The notes beneath the pieces are model-generated. The model ran no database searches, was not told where the DNA came from, and saw only the letters and a program-made list of their open reading frames with translations. 62,824 nucleotides of DNA from Candidatus Pacearchaeota archaeon (lineage in GTDB: Archaea > Nanobdellota > Nanobdellia > Pacearchaeales > GW2011-AR1): positions 1 through 62,824 of the forward strand of contig JAGVXF010000010.1 of the NCBI GenBank assembly GCA_018303925.1, in the 5' to 3' direction. The translations under genes and the position numbers were made by a program. Of the stretch, positions 53,582-60,970 are shown piece after piece (the stretch's first letter is position 1; every line of letters starts with the position of its first letter).

Positions 53582-54397
53582 ATGAATGGACTGAGATTAA
53601 AATTAAAAAGAGAACTTGAAATAAGAAATTTTTCTAATCAGACTGTTAAAGCGTATCTTTATTCGGTTGATAAATTTGTGGAATTTTCTAAAGGAAAAGG
53701 ACTAAATGAAGATTCAATTAAAGACTATATTCAAAAAGGTCTTGAAAACAAAAATCCAACGAGTGTTAGAAGGGATTTATTTGCAATTAAATTTTTCTTT
53801 GAAAAGGTATTAAAGCAAAAGGTAAACATCCCAAACCCAAAGAAAAATAAGACTCTCCCGGAGATTCTCACAATTGAAGAAATAAAAAAATTAATCGAAT
53901 CTGCAAATAATATCAAACACCGATTAATAATCAAACTTCTTTATGGATGCGGATTAAGAGTTTCTGAGATTGTAAACCTTAAAGTAAATGATTTGAACTT
54001 TGTTGAAGAATTAATTAAAATAAATCTTGCAAAAGGAAAAAAAGACAGATTTGTTAAGATACCTTCATCAATAAAAGATGAACTTGAAAGTTATTTAAAA
54101 TTAAATAAGCATAATACTTTATTTCCTTCAAATAGAGGTGGAAAATTAACAAAAGATACTATTCAAAAAATTGTTCAAAACTCTGCTAAAAGAGCAGGAA
54201 TTAAAAAAAGAGTTTATCCACATTTATTGAGGCATAGTTTTGCAACGCATCTTCTTGAACAGGGGACGGATTTAAGAATGATTCAAAAATTGCTTGGTCA
54301 TTCTGATATAAAAACCACTCAAATTTATACTCAAATTTCCCAAGCTTCAATAAAAAATATAAAAAGTCCGCTTGATAATTTACAATATGGCAAGTAA
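53582..54397 (+). CDS. xerA: Xer-type tyrosine recombinase (XerA/XerC/XerD-like; no IntI-specific insertion)
   Basis: N-terminal SAM-like core-binding domain, GLRVSEI (box I Arg), KGKKDR, HLLRHSFATHLL and LLGHSDIKTTQIYTQ (His and Tyr). Only about 40 aa lie between KGKKDR and HLLRH. Confidence 0.9.
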   Translation: MNGLRLKLKRELEIRNFSNQTVKAYLYSVDKFVEFSKGKGLNEDSIKDYIQKGLENKNPTSVRRDLFAIKFFFEKVLKQKVNIPNPKKNKTLPEILTIEEIKKLIESANNIKHRLIIKLLYGCGLRVSEIVNLKVNDLNFVEELIKINLAKGKKDRFVKIPSSIKDELESYLKLNKHNTLFPSNRGGKLTKDTIQKIVQNSAKRAGIKKRVYPHLLRHSFATHLLEQGTDLRMIQKLLGHSDIKTTQIYTQISQASIKNIKSPLDNLQYGK

Positions 54398-54722
54398 AAA
54401 CAAATTATTGTGGGAGATTCTGATCCCAAAGTTTTCAAATGATGGAAAAGAATTTGAAATCGAATTTCACAAAAAATGGGACAAAAAAATCGGGAAAATT
54501 TCGGGGGGGCTGACTATCCTTAGGACTGCAAAAGGGCACTGGATAAATCCTGATAAAAAACTTTTTTCCGAAGAAATGATTCCTGTCAGAATATACTGTT
54601 CTGAAAAGGAAATTGGAAAGATTATGAAATTCACACTTGAACATTATACTCAGGATGCAGTATTTTGCTATCTGGTGAGTAATAAAATTAAAATACTAAA
54701 TAAAAACAAGAATTTGACTTAA
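54387..54722 (+). CDS. Hypothetical protein overlapping the recombinase stop (operon partner)
   Basis: Start set at MASKNK; 112 codons. Confidence 0.4.
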   Translation: MASKNKLLWEILIPKFSNDGKEFEIEFHKKWDKKIGKISGGLTILRTAKGHWINPDKKLFSEEMIPVRIYCSEKEIGKIMKFTLEHYTQDAVFCYLVSNKIKILNKNKNLT

Positions 54723-54781
54723 AAACGTTTGCGTGGCGAAAGGCTTAAATAAGTCTCTTAATTTGATATAATAAGGTAACA

Positions 54782-54846
54782 GGTATTGCCTTAAGTCTTC
54801 GGACATACCGCAAGCGTGTTCCCGGTTATTACTTCGGTAATACCGG
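54782..54846 (+). ncRNA. Candidate small structured RNA or leader: two UUCG-tetraloop hairpins
   Basis: GGTAT...GTC-TTCG-GAC-ATACC (54782-54809) and CCGGT(T)ATTAC-TTCG-GTAATACCGG (54822-54846). TATA-like TTAAATA lies at 54745-54751 and a T-rich tract ATTTTATT follows. Confidence 0.35.
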
Positions 54847-54857
54847 ATTTTATTAAA

Positions 54858-55421
54858 ATGGTAAAAAGAGTTTCTATTTATATTGATGGTGTGAATTTTG
54901 TTTATGGTTTGAAATCTTTAAACCCAAAATATTCAGATTATCATTTTGACTTTGAAAATTTTATTAAAAAGATTGTTGGAGAAAATGATTTAATTAATAT
55001 TTTCTACTATAATGCTTCCTTGAAACAATCAGTTAATCCGAGAAGATTTAAGGAACAGCAAAAACTTCTCGCAAGACTAAAGAAGATAACAAAATGTAAA
55101 GTCATTTTATGTAAAAGACAAAAGAGATTTAACAAAGATGACGAAGAATATTATACAATTAAAGGTGATGACATTAATTTAGCTTTAGATGTGTTAAATG
55201 ATGCGTGGGAAAATAAATATGATAAAGCAGTTCTATTTTCAGGAGATAGAGATTTTGCTCCCTTGTTGAAATATGTTAAGAATAAAAATAAGAAGGTGGA
55301 GGTTCTTTCTTTTGATGAATTATCTTCAAGAAATTTGCTTAACGAAGCCGACAAATTCACATTCATTGATAAGAAAACAGTTAATAAGTTCTTTTGGAGA
55401 GGAATTGTAGATAAAAAATAA
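54858..55421 (+). CDS. NYN-domain (LabA/DUF88-like) putative RNase
   Basis: VSIYIDGVNFVYGL at the N-terminus and SGDRDFAPLL. Start moved to the ATG at 54858. Confidence 0.7.
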   Translation: MVKRVSIYIDGVNFVYGLKSLNPKYSDYHFDFENFIKKIVGENDLINIFYYNASLKQSVNPRRFKEQQKLLARLKKITKCKVILCKRQKRFNKDDEEYYTIKGDDINLALDVLNDAWENKYDKAVLFSGDRDFAPLLKYVKNKNKKVEVLSFDELSSRNLLNEADKFTFIDKKTVNKFFWRGIVDKK

Positions 55422-55424
55422 AAA

Positions 55425-55955
55425 ATGACAACAGATAAATCACAACTTGGGCTTGTTCATATTTACACTGGAGAGGGAAAAGGAAAAACTTCCGCTGGCA
55501 TGGGTTTAATTGTCCGTGCTCTTGGAAGGGGACTTCGTGTGAAGATAATTCAGCTATTCAAAAGAAACACAGGAGAGCAGTTCTTCTTTGAAAATTCTGG
55601 AATAAAATATTTACAATTCAAACCCCTACATCCTTATTTTAAAAACTATGACGAGAAAGAACTTGAAAACCTTAAAAGAGAATTTTTGGAATTTTGGAAT
55701 GATGCGATTAGAGATATTGAAGAATATGATTTATTGCTAATTGATGAGGTTGGTCCCGGATTAAATTGGGAGGTTATTCCAGAGAAGCTTATTTTTGACC
55801 TCATTGAAAATAAGCCAAAAAATATGGAATTGATTTTAACTGGGAGAGACTTTCCAAACTCAATTAAAGAAAAGGCAAATTATGTTTCAGAAGTTAAAAA
55901 AATTAAACATCCTTATGACAAAGGAACTTTGGCAAGAGAAGGGGTTGAATATTAA
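55425..55955 (+). CDS. cobO: Cob(I)alamin adenosyltransferase (CobA/CobO/BtuR type)
   Basis: HIYTGEGKGKTSAGMGL P-loop, LLIDE, LILTGR and HPYDKG. Confidence 0.85.
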   Translation: MTTDKSQLGLVHIYTGEGKGKTSAGMGLIVRALGRGLRVKIIQLFKRNTGEQFFFENSGIKYLQFKPLHPYFKNYDEKELENLKREFLEFWNDAIRDIEEYDLLLIDEVGPGLNWEVIPEKLIFDLIENKPKNMELILTGRDFPNSIKEKANYVSEVKKIKHPYDKGTLAREGVEY

Positions 55956-56068
55956 TTAATTTGTAATATCATAATAACGTAATCTAATTTATTAATTATG
56001 ATTCTTAATACACTTAAAATATATTTAATCATAACAATTATTAAAAAGGCAGAGTGAGATTTTGTTTC

Positions 56069-56560
56069 ATGATAAGTTGGGATGAGTCTTTTATGTCAAT
56101 GGTTTACCTTGTTGCAATGAAAAGCAAAGATGAATCGACCCATGTCGGGGCCGTGGTTGTTGGTCCTGACAATGAGATTAAATCGACAGGTTATAATAGT
56201 TTTGTAAGAAAGTTGAATGATCATCTTACGATGAGGCAGGAAAGGCCGGAAAAATATTATTGGTTTGAGCACGCTGAAAGGAATGCAATTTATAATGCAA
56301 CCTTGAACGGAGTCTCGCTTAAAGGATGCAAGATATACACAAATGGTGTTCCATGCATGGATTGCGCAAGAGGAGTTGTGCAATCAGGAATTCTGGAGGT
56401 CATCATTGACAAGGGATGGGAAAAAAATAATCCGGAAGATTGGGCAAAACATGCAGAAAAAAGCATTGAAATGTTTAAAGAAGTGGGGGTTAAAATAAGG
56501 TATTGGGAAGGAAAGCTTTTAATTCCTGAAAAGTTCATGAGGGGGAAAATATTAAAATGA
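56069..56560 (+). CDS. dCMP deaminase (ComEB-like)
   Basis: HAERNAI and PCMDCA zinc-binding motifs. Start set at the internal ATG (MISWDESF). Confidence 0.85.
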   Translation: MISWDESFMSMVYLVAMKSKDESTHVGAVVVGPDNEIKSTGYNSFVRKLNDHLTMRQERPEKYYWFEHAERNAIYNATLNGVSLKGCKIYTNGVPCMDCARGVVQSGILEVIIDKGWEKNNPEDWAKHAEKSIEMFKEVGVKIRYWEGKLLIPEKFMRGKILK

Positions 56561-56847
56561 TTCCAATAATCTTAATGATTCTTGACCTTCTTGCTTTAAC
56601 CGCTTTAACTCTTATTCAGTTTGAAATAAATTTTGGATTTCAGCTTGCAGTTATGTCTTCGATTTACCTTATTGCAAAAGGATTTATGTTCCGGGATGTT
56701 ATGAGTATAATTGACCTTCTTTGCGGGGTTTACATTTTAATTGCCTTACTCTTCAGCATAACCTCATTTATTTACTGGATAATCCTTGCATGGTTTGTGT
56801 ATAAATTATTTTTTGTTGTAATATTTAACGCAATAAAATTTTCGTGA
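56557..56847 (+). CDS. Small 3-TM membrane protein
   Basis: Hydrophobic 96-codon ORF overlapping the previous stop. Confidence 0.45.
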   Translation: MIPIILMILDLLALTALTLIQFEINFGFQLAVMSSIYLIAKGFMFRDVMSIIDLLCGVYILIALLFSITSFIYWIILAWFVYKLFFVVIFNAIKFS

Positions 56848-56866
56848 AAAACAATAAAAAAGTAAA

Positions 56867-57427
56867 ATGATAATAGGAATAACCGGAACACTTGGTGCAG
56901 GTAAGGGGACAATTGTTGAAATCTTAAAGAAAAAATGGTTCGGGCATTATTCAGTTAGAGAATTTCTAGTTGAAGAACTAAAAAAAAGAGGGCTCCCCGT
57001 AAACCGAGATTCTATGGTTTACCTTGGCAATGACTTAAGGGAAAAAAATTCGCCAAGTTATATTGCTGAAAAACTTTATGAAAGAGCAGAAAAAAACGGG
57101 GGAAATTCTATTATTGAAAGTATAAGAGCAATTGGAGAAGTTGAATCTTTAAGGAAGAAAAGAAGTTTTTATCTTTTTAGTGTTGATGCTCCAATTAATA
57201 TCCGTTACAAAAGAATTTTAGATAGGGGGGTGGAATCGGACTTTGTTTCTTATGAAAAATTTGTTGAAGATGAAAAAAGGGAAATGAAAAGCACTGACCC
57301 TAATAAGCAGAATCTTTCAGCCTGCATAAAACTTGCTGATTTCAGTTTTATAAATGATGGGACTATTGAAGAACTTAGAGGGAAAGTCGAGGAAGTTTTG
57401 AAGAGGATTAAAAATTTACAGGATTAA
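56867..57427 (+). CDS. P-loop nucleoside/nucleotide kinase (CoaE/dNMP-kinase-like)
   Basis: MIIGITGTLGAGKGT Walker A at the extreme N-terminus; about 186 aa. Confidence 0.6.
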   Translation: MIIGITGTLGAGKGTIVEILKKKWFGHYSVREFLVEELKKRGLPVNRDSMVYLGNDLREKNSPSYIAEKLYERAEKNGGNSIIESIRAIGEVESLRKKRSFYLFSVDAPINIRYKRILDRGVESDFVSYEKFVEDEKREMKSTDPNKQNLSACIKLADFSFINDGTIEELRGKVEEVLKRIKNLQD

Positions 57428-58345
57428 AGATATTTTCTTTGCCATTTTTTGGTCAATTTCTTCTGGAGTGTCATAAATATTAAACCTCGTTATTTCGGGC
57501 ATTTTTCCCCCATACATCTTGGTTCCTTTTTTATAAAGATTTTCGAGCCAATCAGTAGCGTATCTTTGATTAACCAAGAGTTGATAATCAACTTTTTTTT
57601 CATGGTCGTCTAATCTTCTTCCCCTGCTTCTTTTTTCTTTTAATTTAATATATTCTTCCTTCTTCCAATTTTTTGGACCACAAACAACAAAGATATTTGT
57701 CGGGGGAGATTTAAATGCAATTTTGTGGCCAGGAAGAGATAAGTAGTTTTCAAGACTTATCCCAGAACGAAAAAAATTATTATTATAAATCTGGTAACAT
57801 GCTGACTCTTCACTTCTGCTTCTTATTATTATTCTGTTGTTTTCTCTGAAAGGCTTTCTAAATCTTAAAAATTCATCAATTCTATAAACCGAGTGTGTTA
57901 TTGCCGCAGAAACACCATCCAATTCTTCGCCATATTCAGAACGATTTTGTTCTATTGCCCTGTTAACCTGTCCGGAACCTCTCTTGGTTGGTTCTTCCAA
58001 TATCCAAACATCCGCCAAAGCCGGATTAATATAAGTTGAAACATTATTTTTTACGCAGGACGCAACCATCAAGTCAGATTCTCTTTTAAAACCAGACATT
58101 AAACTGTATGCTTCAAACAAAAATTCTTTCTTTTTGTTCTCAGAAATTTTGGAAAGATTTGAATAACCTTCATTAAATTCCTTGAATTTTTCCGCATGAA
58201 AAAGAGCTTCAAGTTCAGTTCCTCTCAAATCCCTCACTTTATAATTTATTGAGTTGAAAAAACTTATTATCCCTTTAATCTGCGTACTTGTTCCACTCAT
58301 ATCCGGTCCACAAATAACAACATCCAAATATTTCCCCCTCATCAC
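57416..58345 (-). CDS. Divergent thymidylate-kinase-like protein with an atypical P-loop
   Basis: VVICGPDMSGTSTQ resembles GxDGxGK(S/T)T, but the Lys is replaced by Thr. 309 aa, longer than a typical dTMP kinase. Confidence 0.4.
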   Translation of the reverse strand: MMRGKYLDVVICGPDMSGTSTQIKGIISFFNSINYKVRDLRGTELEALFHAEKFKEFNEGYSNLSKISENKKKEFLFEAYSLMSGFKRESDLMVASCVKNNVSTYINPALADVWILEEPTKRGSGQVNRAIEQNRSEYGEELDGVSAAITHSVYRIDEFLRFRKPFRENNRIIIRSRSEESACYQIYNNNFFRSGISLENYLSLPGHKIAFKSPPTNIFVVCGPKNWKKEEYIKLKEKRSRGRRLDDHEKKVDYQLLVNQRYATDWLENLYKKGTKMYGGKMPEITRFNIYDTPEEIDQKMAKKISLIL

Positions 58346-58431
58346 GATTAAACCTCTTTTTTCCTTTTAAATTAATCTTTGTTTTATAATATACATGAGA
58401 GTTGCATTTTTAATAAAGATTATTGACAAAA

Positions 58432-59520
58432 TTATGCCGCCATTACTGCTTTTGAATCCCATTTATAGGGGTTGTATCCGTTTATGCCGATAATTTCTAA
58501 GGGGGGCATATGAATTGCTTTCATTAAAGGAACATTTTTTTCAAACTTTAATGTTGGAATTTCTCTTGGTTCTTTTGATAACTGTTCTAAAATAAAAGGT
58601 ATGTGGTCTTTTCTTTCATTTCCTTCGGATTCTCTTGGTGCAGTTTTAAGATACCATTCTCTTAAATCGAGGTAGTCTTTTCTATTTCTTATTTTTATTT
58701 TATTAAATTTTTTCTGGAATTCTTTCAAATTATCTGAATCAATCCAGAAGTTTGCTCTTGGAGGGACACCAAGGTAAGAATGAGTGTTTATTGTGGTATA
58801 AATAAAATTTCTTGGCTCATATCCTGTTTCTTTTGCAACCATATGGAGTAAAAGAGAATCCTGAGATTGATTGAAAGGATTTCCTAAAAAAACATCATTA
58901 CTTCTCTGGACCATGTGCAAATCAATAAAATCTCCCCAAACACTAAATTGATGCCAAAAGGGGCAAGGACCAAGAGCCATTTCATTTAATCTTGAAACAT
59001 TCCATGCAGAAAGAACATGATATCTTGAGCCAGGTTTTTCTTTAATCTCCCTTAAAAGATTTTCAAGCTGGTCAATTCTATTTCCCTTGGAATCTTTGTC
59101 ATACCTCCAATTATATCCGTAGACAGGACCCAAATCACCAGCCTCTTTTGCAAATTTAAAATCCTCTTTTATTTTTTTTGAATAATTTTCAAATTCTCTA
59201 TTCCATTCTTTAGAATGCTTTGGAATTTTATCTTTTAATCCATTTGTTTCAAGGTATCTGTCAAAAGCATTTGCTGTCCAGATGTTTACGTTTCTGTCAA
59301 CTAAACTTTTTACATTTCTTTCTCCTCTGAGTTTCCAGAATAATTCTTCAAAAGGAAGCCTTCGTGGAACATTTTTTGTTGTAAGAAGAGGGAATCCTTT
59401 TCTTAAATCAAAAGTAGTAGACCATCCCGAAATTCCAAGAATATATTCTTTAGTCCTTGGTTCATAATTAACACCTCCCCTTCCAAGAATTTCTTTTAAA
59501 AGTGTGTGATACTCATCCAT
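58432..59520 (-). CDS. thyA: Thymidylate synthase ThyA (long form)
   Basis: LPFEELFWKLRG, GPVYGYNWR, LSAWNV...LGPCPFWHQF (catalytic Cys) and VQRSNDVFLGNPFN. Start set at MDEYHTLL. Confidence 0.9.
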   Translation of the reverse strand: MDEYHTLLKEILGRGGVNYEPRTKEYILGISGWSTTFDLRKGFPLLTTKNVPRRLPFEELFWKLRGERNVKSLVDRNVNIWTANAFDRYLETNGLKDKIPKHSKEWNREFENYSKKIKEDFKFAKEAGDLGPVYGYNWRYDKDSKGNRIDQLENLLREIKEKPGSRYHVLSAWNVSRLNEMALGPCPFWHQFSVWGDFIDLHMVQRSNDVFLGNPFNQSQDSLLLHMVAKETGYEPRNFIYTTINTHSYLGVPPRANFWIDSDNLKEFQKKFNKIKIRNRKDYLDLREWYLKTAPRESEGNERKDHIPFILEQLSKEPREIPTLKFEKNVPLMKAIHMPPLEIIGINGYNPYKWDSKAVMAA

Positions 59521-59606
59521 TTTTTTATTAAGAGTTGCGTTATTTATATATGTTATTGACAATTTTAAACATAAAATTTTATAAATTAATTTTTCTTCTG
59601 GGTTTG

Positions 59607-59933
59607 ATGGTGAATAATGATGTGGTCCCTGAACTGACAAACGGAGAATTTGAGAAATTTGCAAAAGAAGGTCTTGCTTTTGTTGATTTTTTTGCAGACT
59701 GGTGTATGCCCTGCACAATGATGAGCCCAATAATTGATGATTTAAGCGAGGAATTCAGGGGGAAAATAAAGTTTGGAAAAATTAACGTTGATGAAAATCA
59801 AAAAATAGCCCAGAAGTTTGAAATAACTTCAATTCCAACTTTTGTCCTTATAAAAGGCTCAGAAATTCTTGAGAGGATTTCCGGAATAGTTACTCAGGAT
59901 GAACTTGAGGAAGTTTTGAAAAAACATTTGTAA
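59607..59933 (+). CDS. trx: Thioredoxin
   Basis: FFADWCMPCTM active site (CxxC) and IPTFVLIK. Start set at MVNNDV. Confidence 0.85.
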   Translation: MVNNDVVPELTNGEFEKFAKEGLAFVDFFADWCMPCTMMSPIIDDLSEEFRGKIKFGKINVDENQKIAQKFEITSIPTFVLIKGSEILERISGIVTQDELEEVLKKHL

Positions 59934-59990
59934 GTCTTAAACCTTCAAGAAACTTTTATAAACTAATTTCCTTAGTTAATCTTAAGCGAC

Positions 59991-60107
59991 GGCTCCGTAG
60001 CTCAGCCTGGTTAGAGCACCGGACTTTTAAGCGAAACAAGTTTTGCATACTTCGCAAAAATTCGCAAAGAGATCCGGGTGTCGAGGGTTCAAATCCCTTC
60101 GGGGCCA
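59991..60107 (+). tRNA. tRNA-Lys (TTT) with a 42-nt intron in the anticodon loop
   Basis: Acceptor GGCTCCG/CGGGGCC, D arm GCTC-AGCCTGGTT-AGAGC, anticodon stem CCGGA/TCCGG with loop CTTTTAA. The intron spans about 60031-60072. T arm GAGGG-TTCAAAT-CCCTT. Confidence 0.85.
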
Positions 60108-60147
60108 TAACTTCAAATATATGGACACGCAAAATCTTGGATTTTCC

Positions 60148-60159
60148 TCGGGGCCATAA
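60148..60159 (+). repeat. 12-nt exact duplicate of the tRNA-Lys 3' end
   Basis: TCGGGGCCATAA occurs at 60099-60110 and again at 60148-60159. Confidence 0.8.
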
Positions 60160-60484
60160 AAGATTAATAAGGTTTGAACCACTTAGGGATTATGTTTTTT
60201 GTCTGCAAAAAATATTCAATGAAATCGGGAGCGTAGCGATTTGTTCACGAAGTCAAACATATTTACCTTTTATTGAAAGATTAACAACCCCGCAATCGTA
60301 AAAAAAGTTTAAATAGAGATAAAAATCCAAATTCTTCATTTTATGGTACATTGGTGCATTAAAGGTTGGTGAGATACCTGAAAATTAGCTGTTAAGTTAA
60401 CGACACCTAAAATACAGAAACTTATAGTTTGAATATCAATAATCCTAATAAATAGTAAAAACCTACTTTTGAATAGTATTGAAA

Positions 60485-60910
60485 ATGTTAGATAAAATGA
60501 GAGATTTTTACAAGGGGGACGAGATTACTAAAATAGATGTAATTAGAAAATTAAGGACTCCTATTATTAACCTTTTTGGAACATATCCTTTATATTATTC
60601 TTTTGGAATTATTGAAACTTACTTTGAAGGAAAATGGAAAGATATTGTAGTAGATATGCTATCTAAAGAGGGGGTTATTGAGATAAAACCAAATACAAGT
60701 CCAAAACAATATCGTCTTACTCCTAAGGGAGTAGATTTAGCTTTTTATTTTATTAATTGGAAAAATTCTGAAGAAACACAAATTTTGAATTTGAGAATGT
60801 ATAGATTAACAAGAGTTATGGTTACTTTAACAATAGGTTTATTTATCTTAGGAATAATCCCTTTAATCTTCAAACTCCCTTTGCTTGAAATAATCTCTTT
60901 TTTTAAATAA
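60485..60910 (+). CDS. Hypothetical protein with a C-terminal TM segment
   Basis: ATG at 60485 (the track starts at a TTG 6 nt upstream). No motif. Confidence 0.4.
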   Translation: MLDKMRDFYKGDEITKIDVIRKLRTPIINLFGTYPLYYSFGIIETYFEGKWKDIVVDMLSKEGVIEIKPNTSPKQYRLTPKGVDLAFYFINWKNSEETQILNLRMYRLTRVMVTLTIGLFILGIIPLIFKLPLLEIISFFK

Positions 60911-60970
60911 AACCATTCAGTAGAAAATGTTAAAAGTAGAATTTAAATAAGTGTTTTCTTTAAAATATTT

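Noticed and set aside
53582-54397. Calling the recombinase a bona fide integron integrase (IntI)
   Set aside because: It is 271 aa long. The segment between the KGKKDR strand and HLLRH is only about 40 aa, so the IntI-specific additional domain is absent. The sequence layout matches XerA/XerC/XerD. I therefore describe the system as integron-like only.
58432-59933. Long N-terminal extensions of thyA (to 59730) and thioredoxin (from 59535) given by the ORF track
   Set aside because: The extensions overlap each other on opposite strands in what is clearly the divergent promoter region. Conserved protein sequence begins at the internal ATGs (59520 and 59607).
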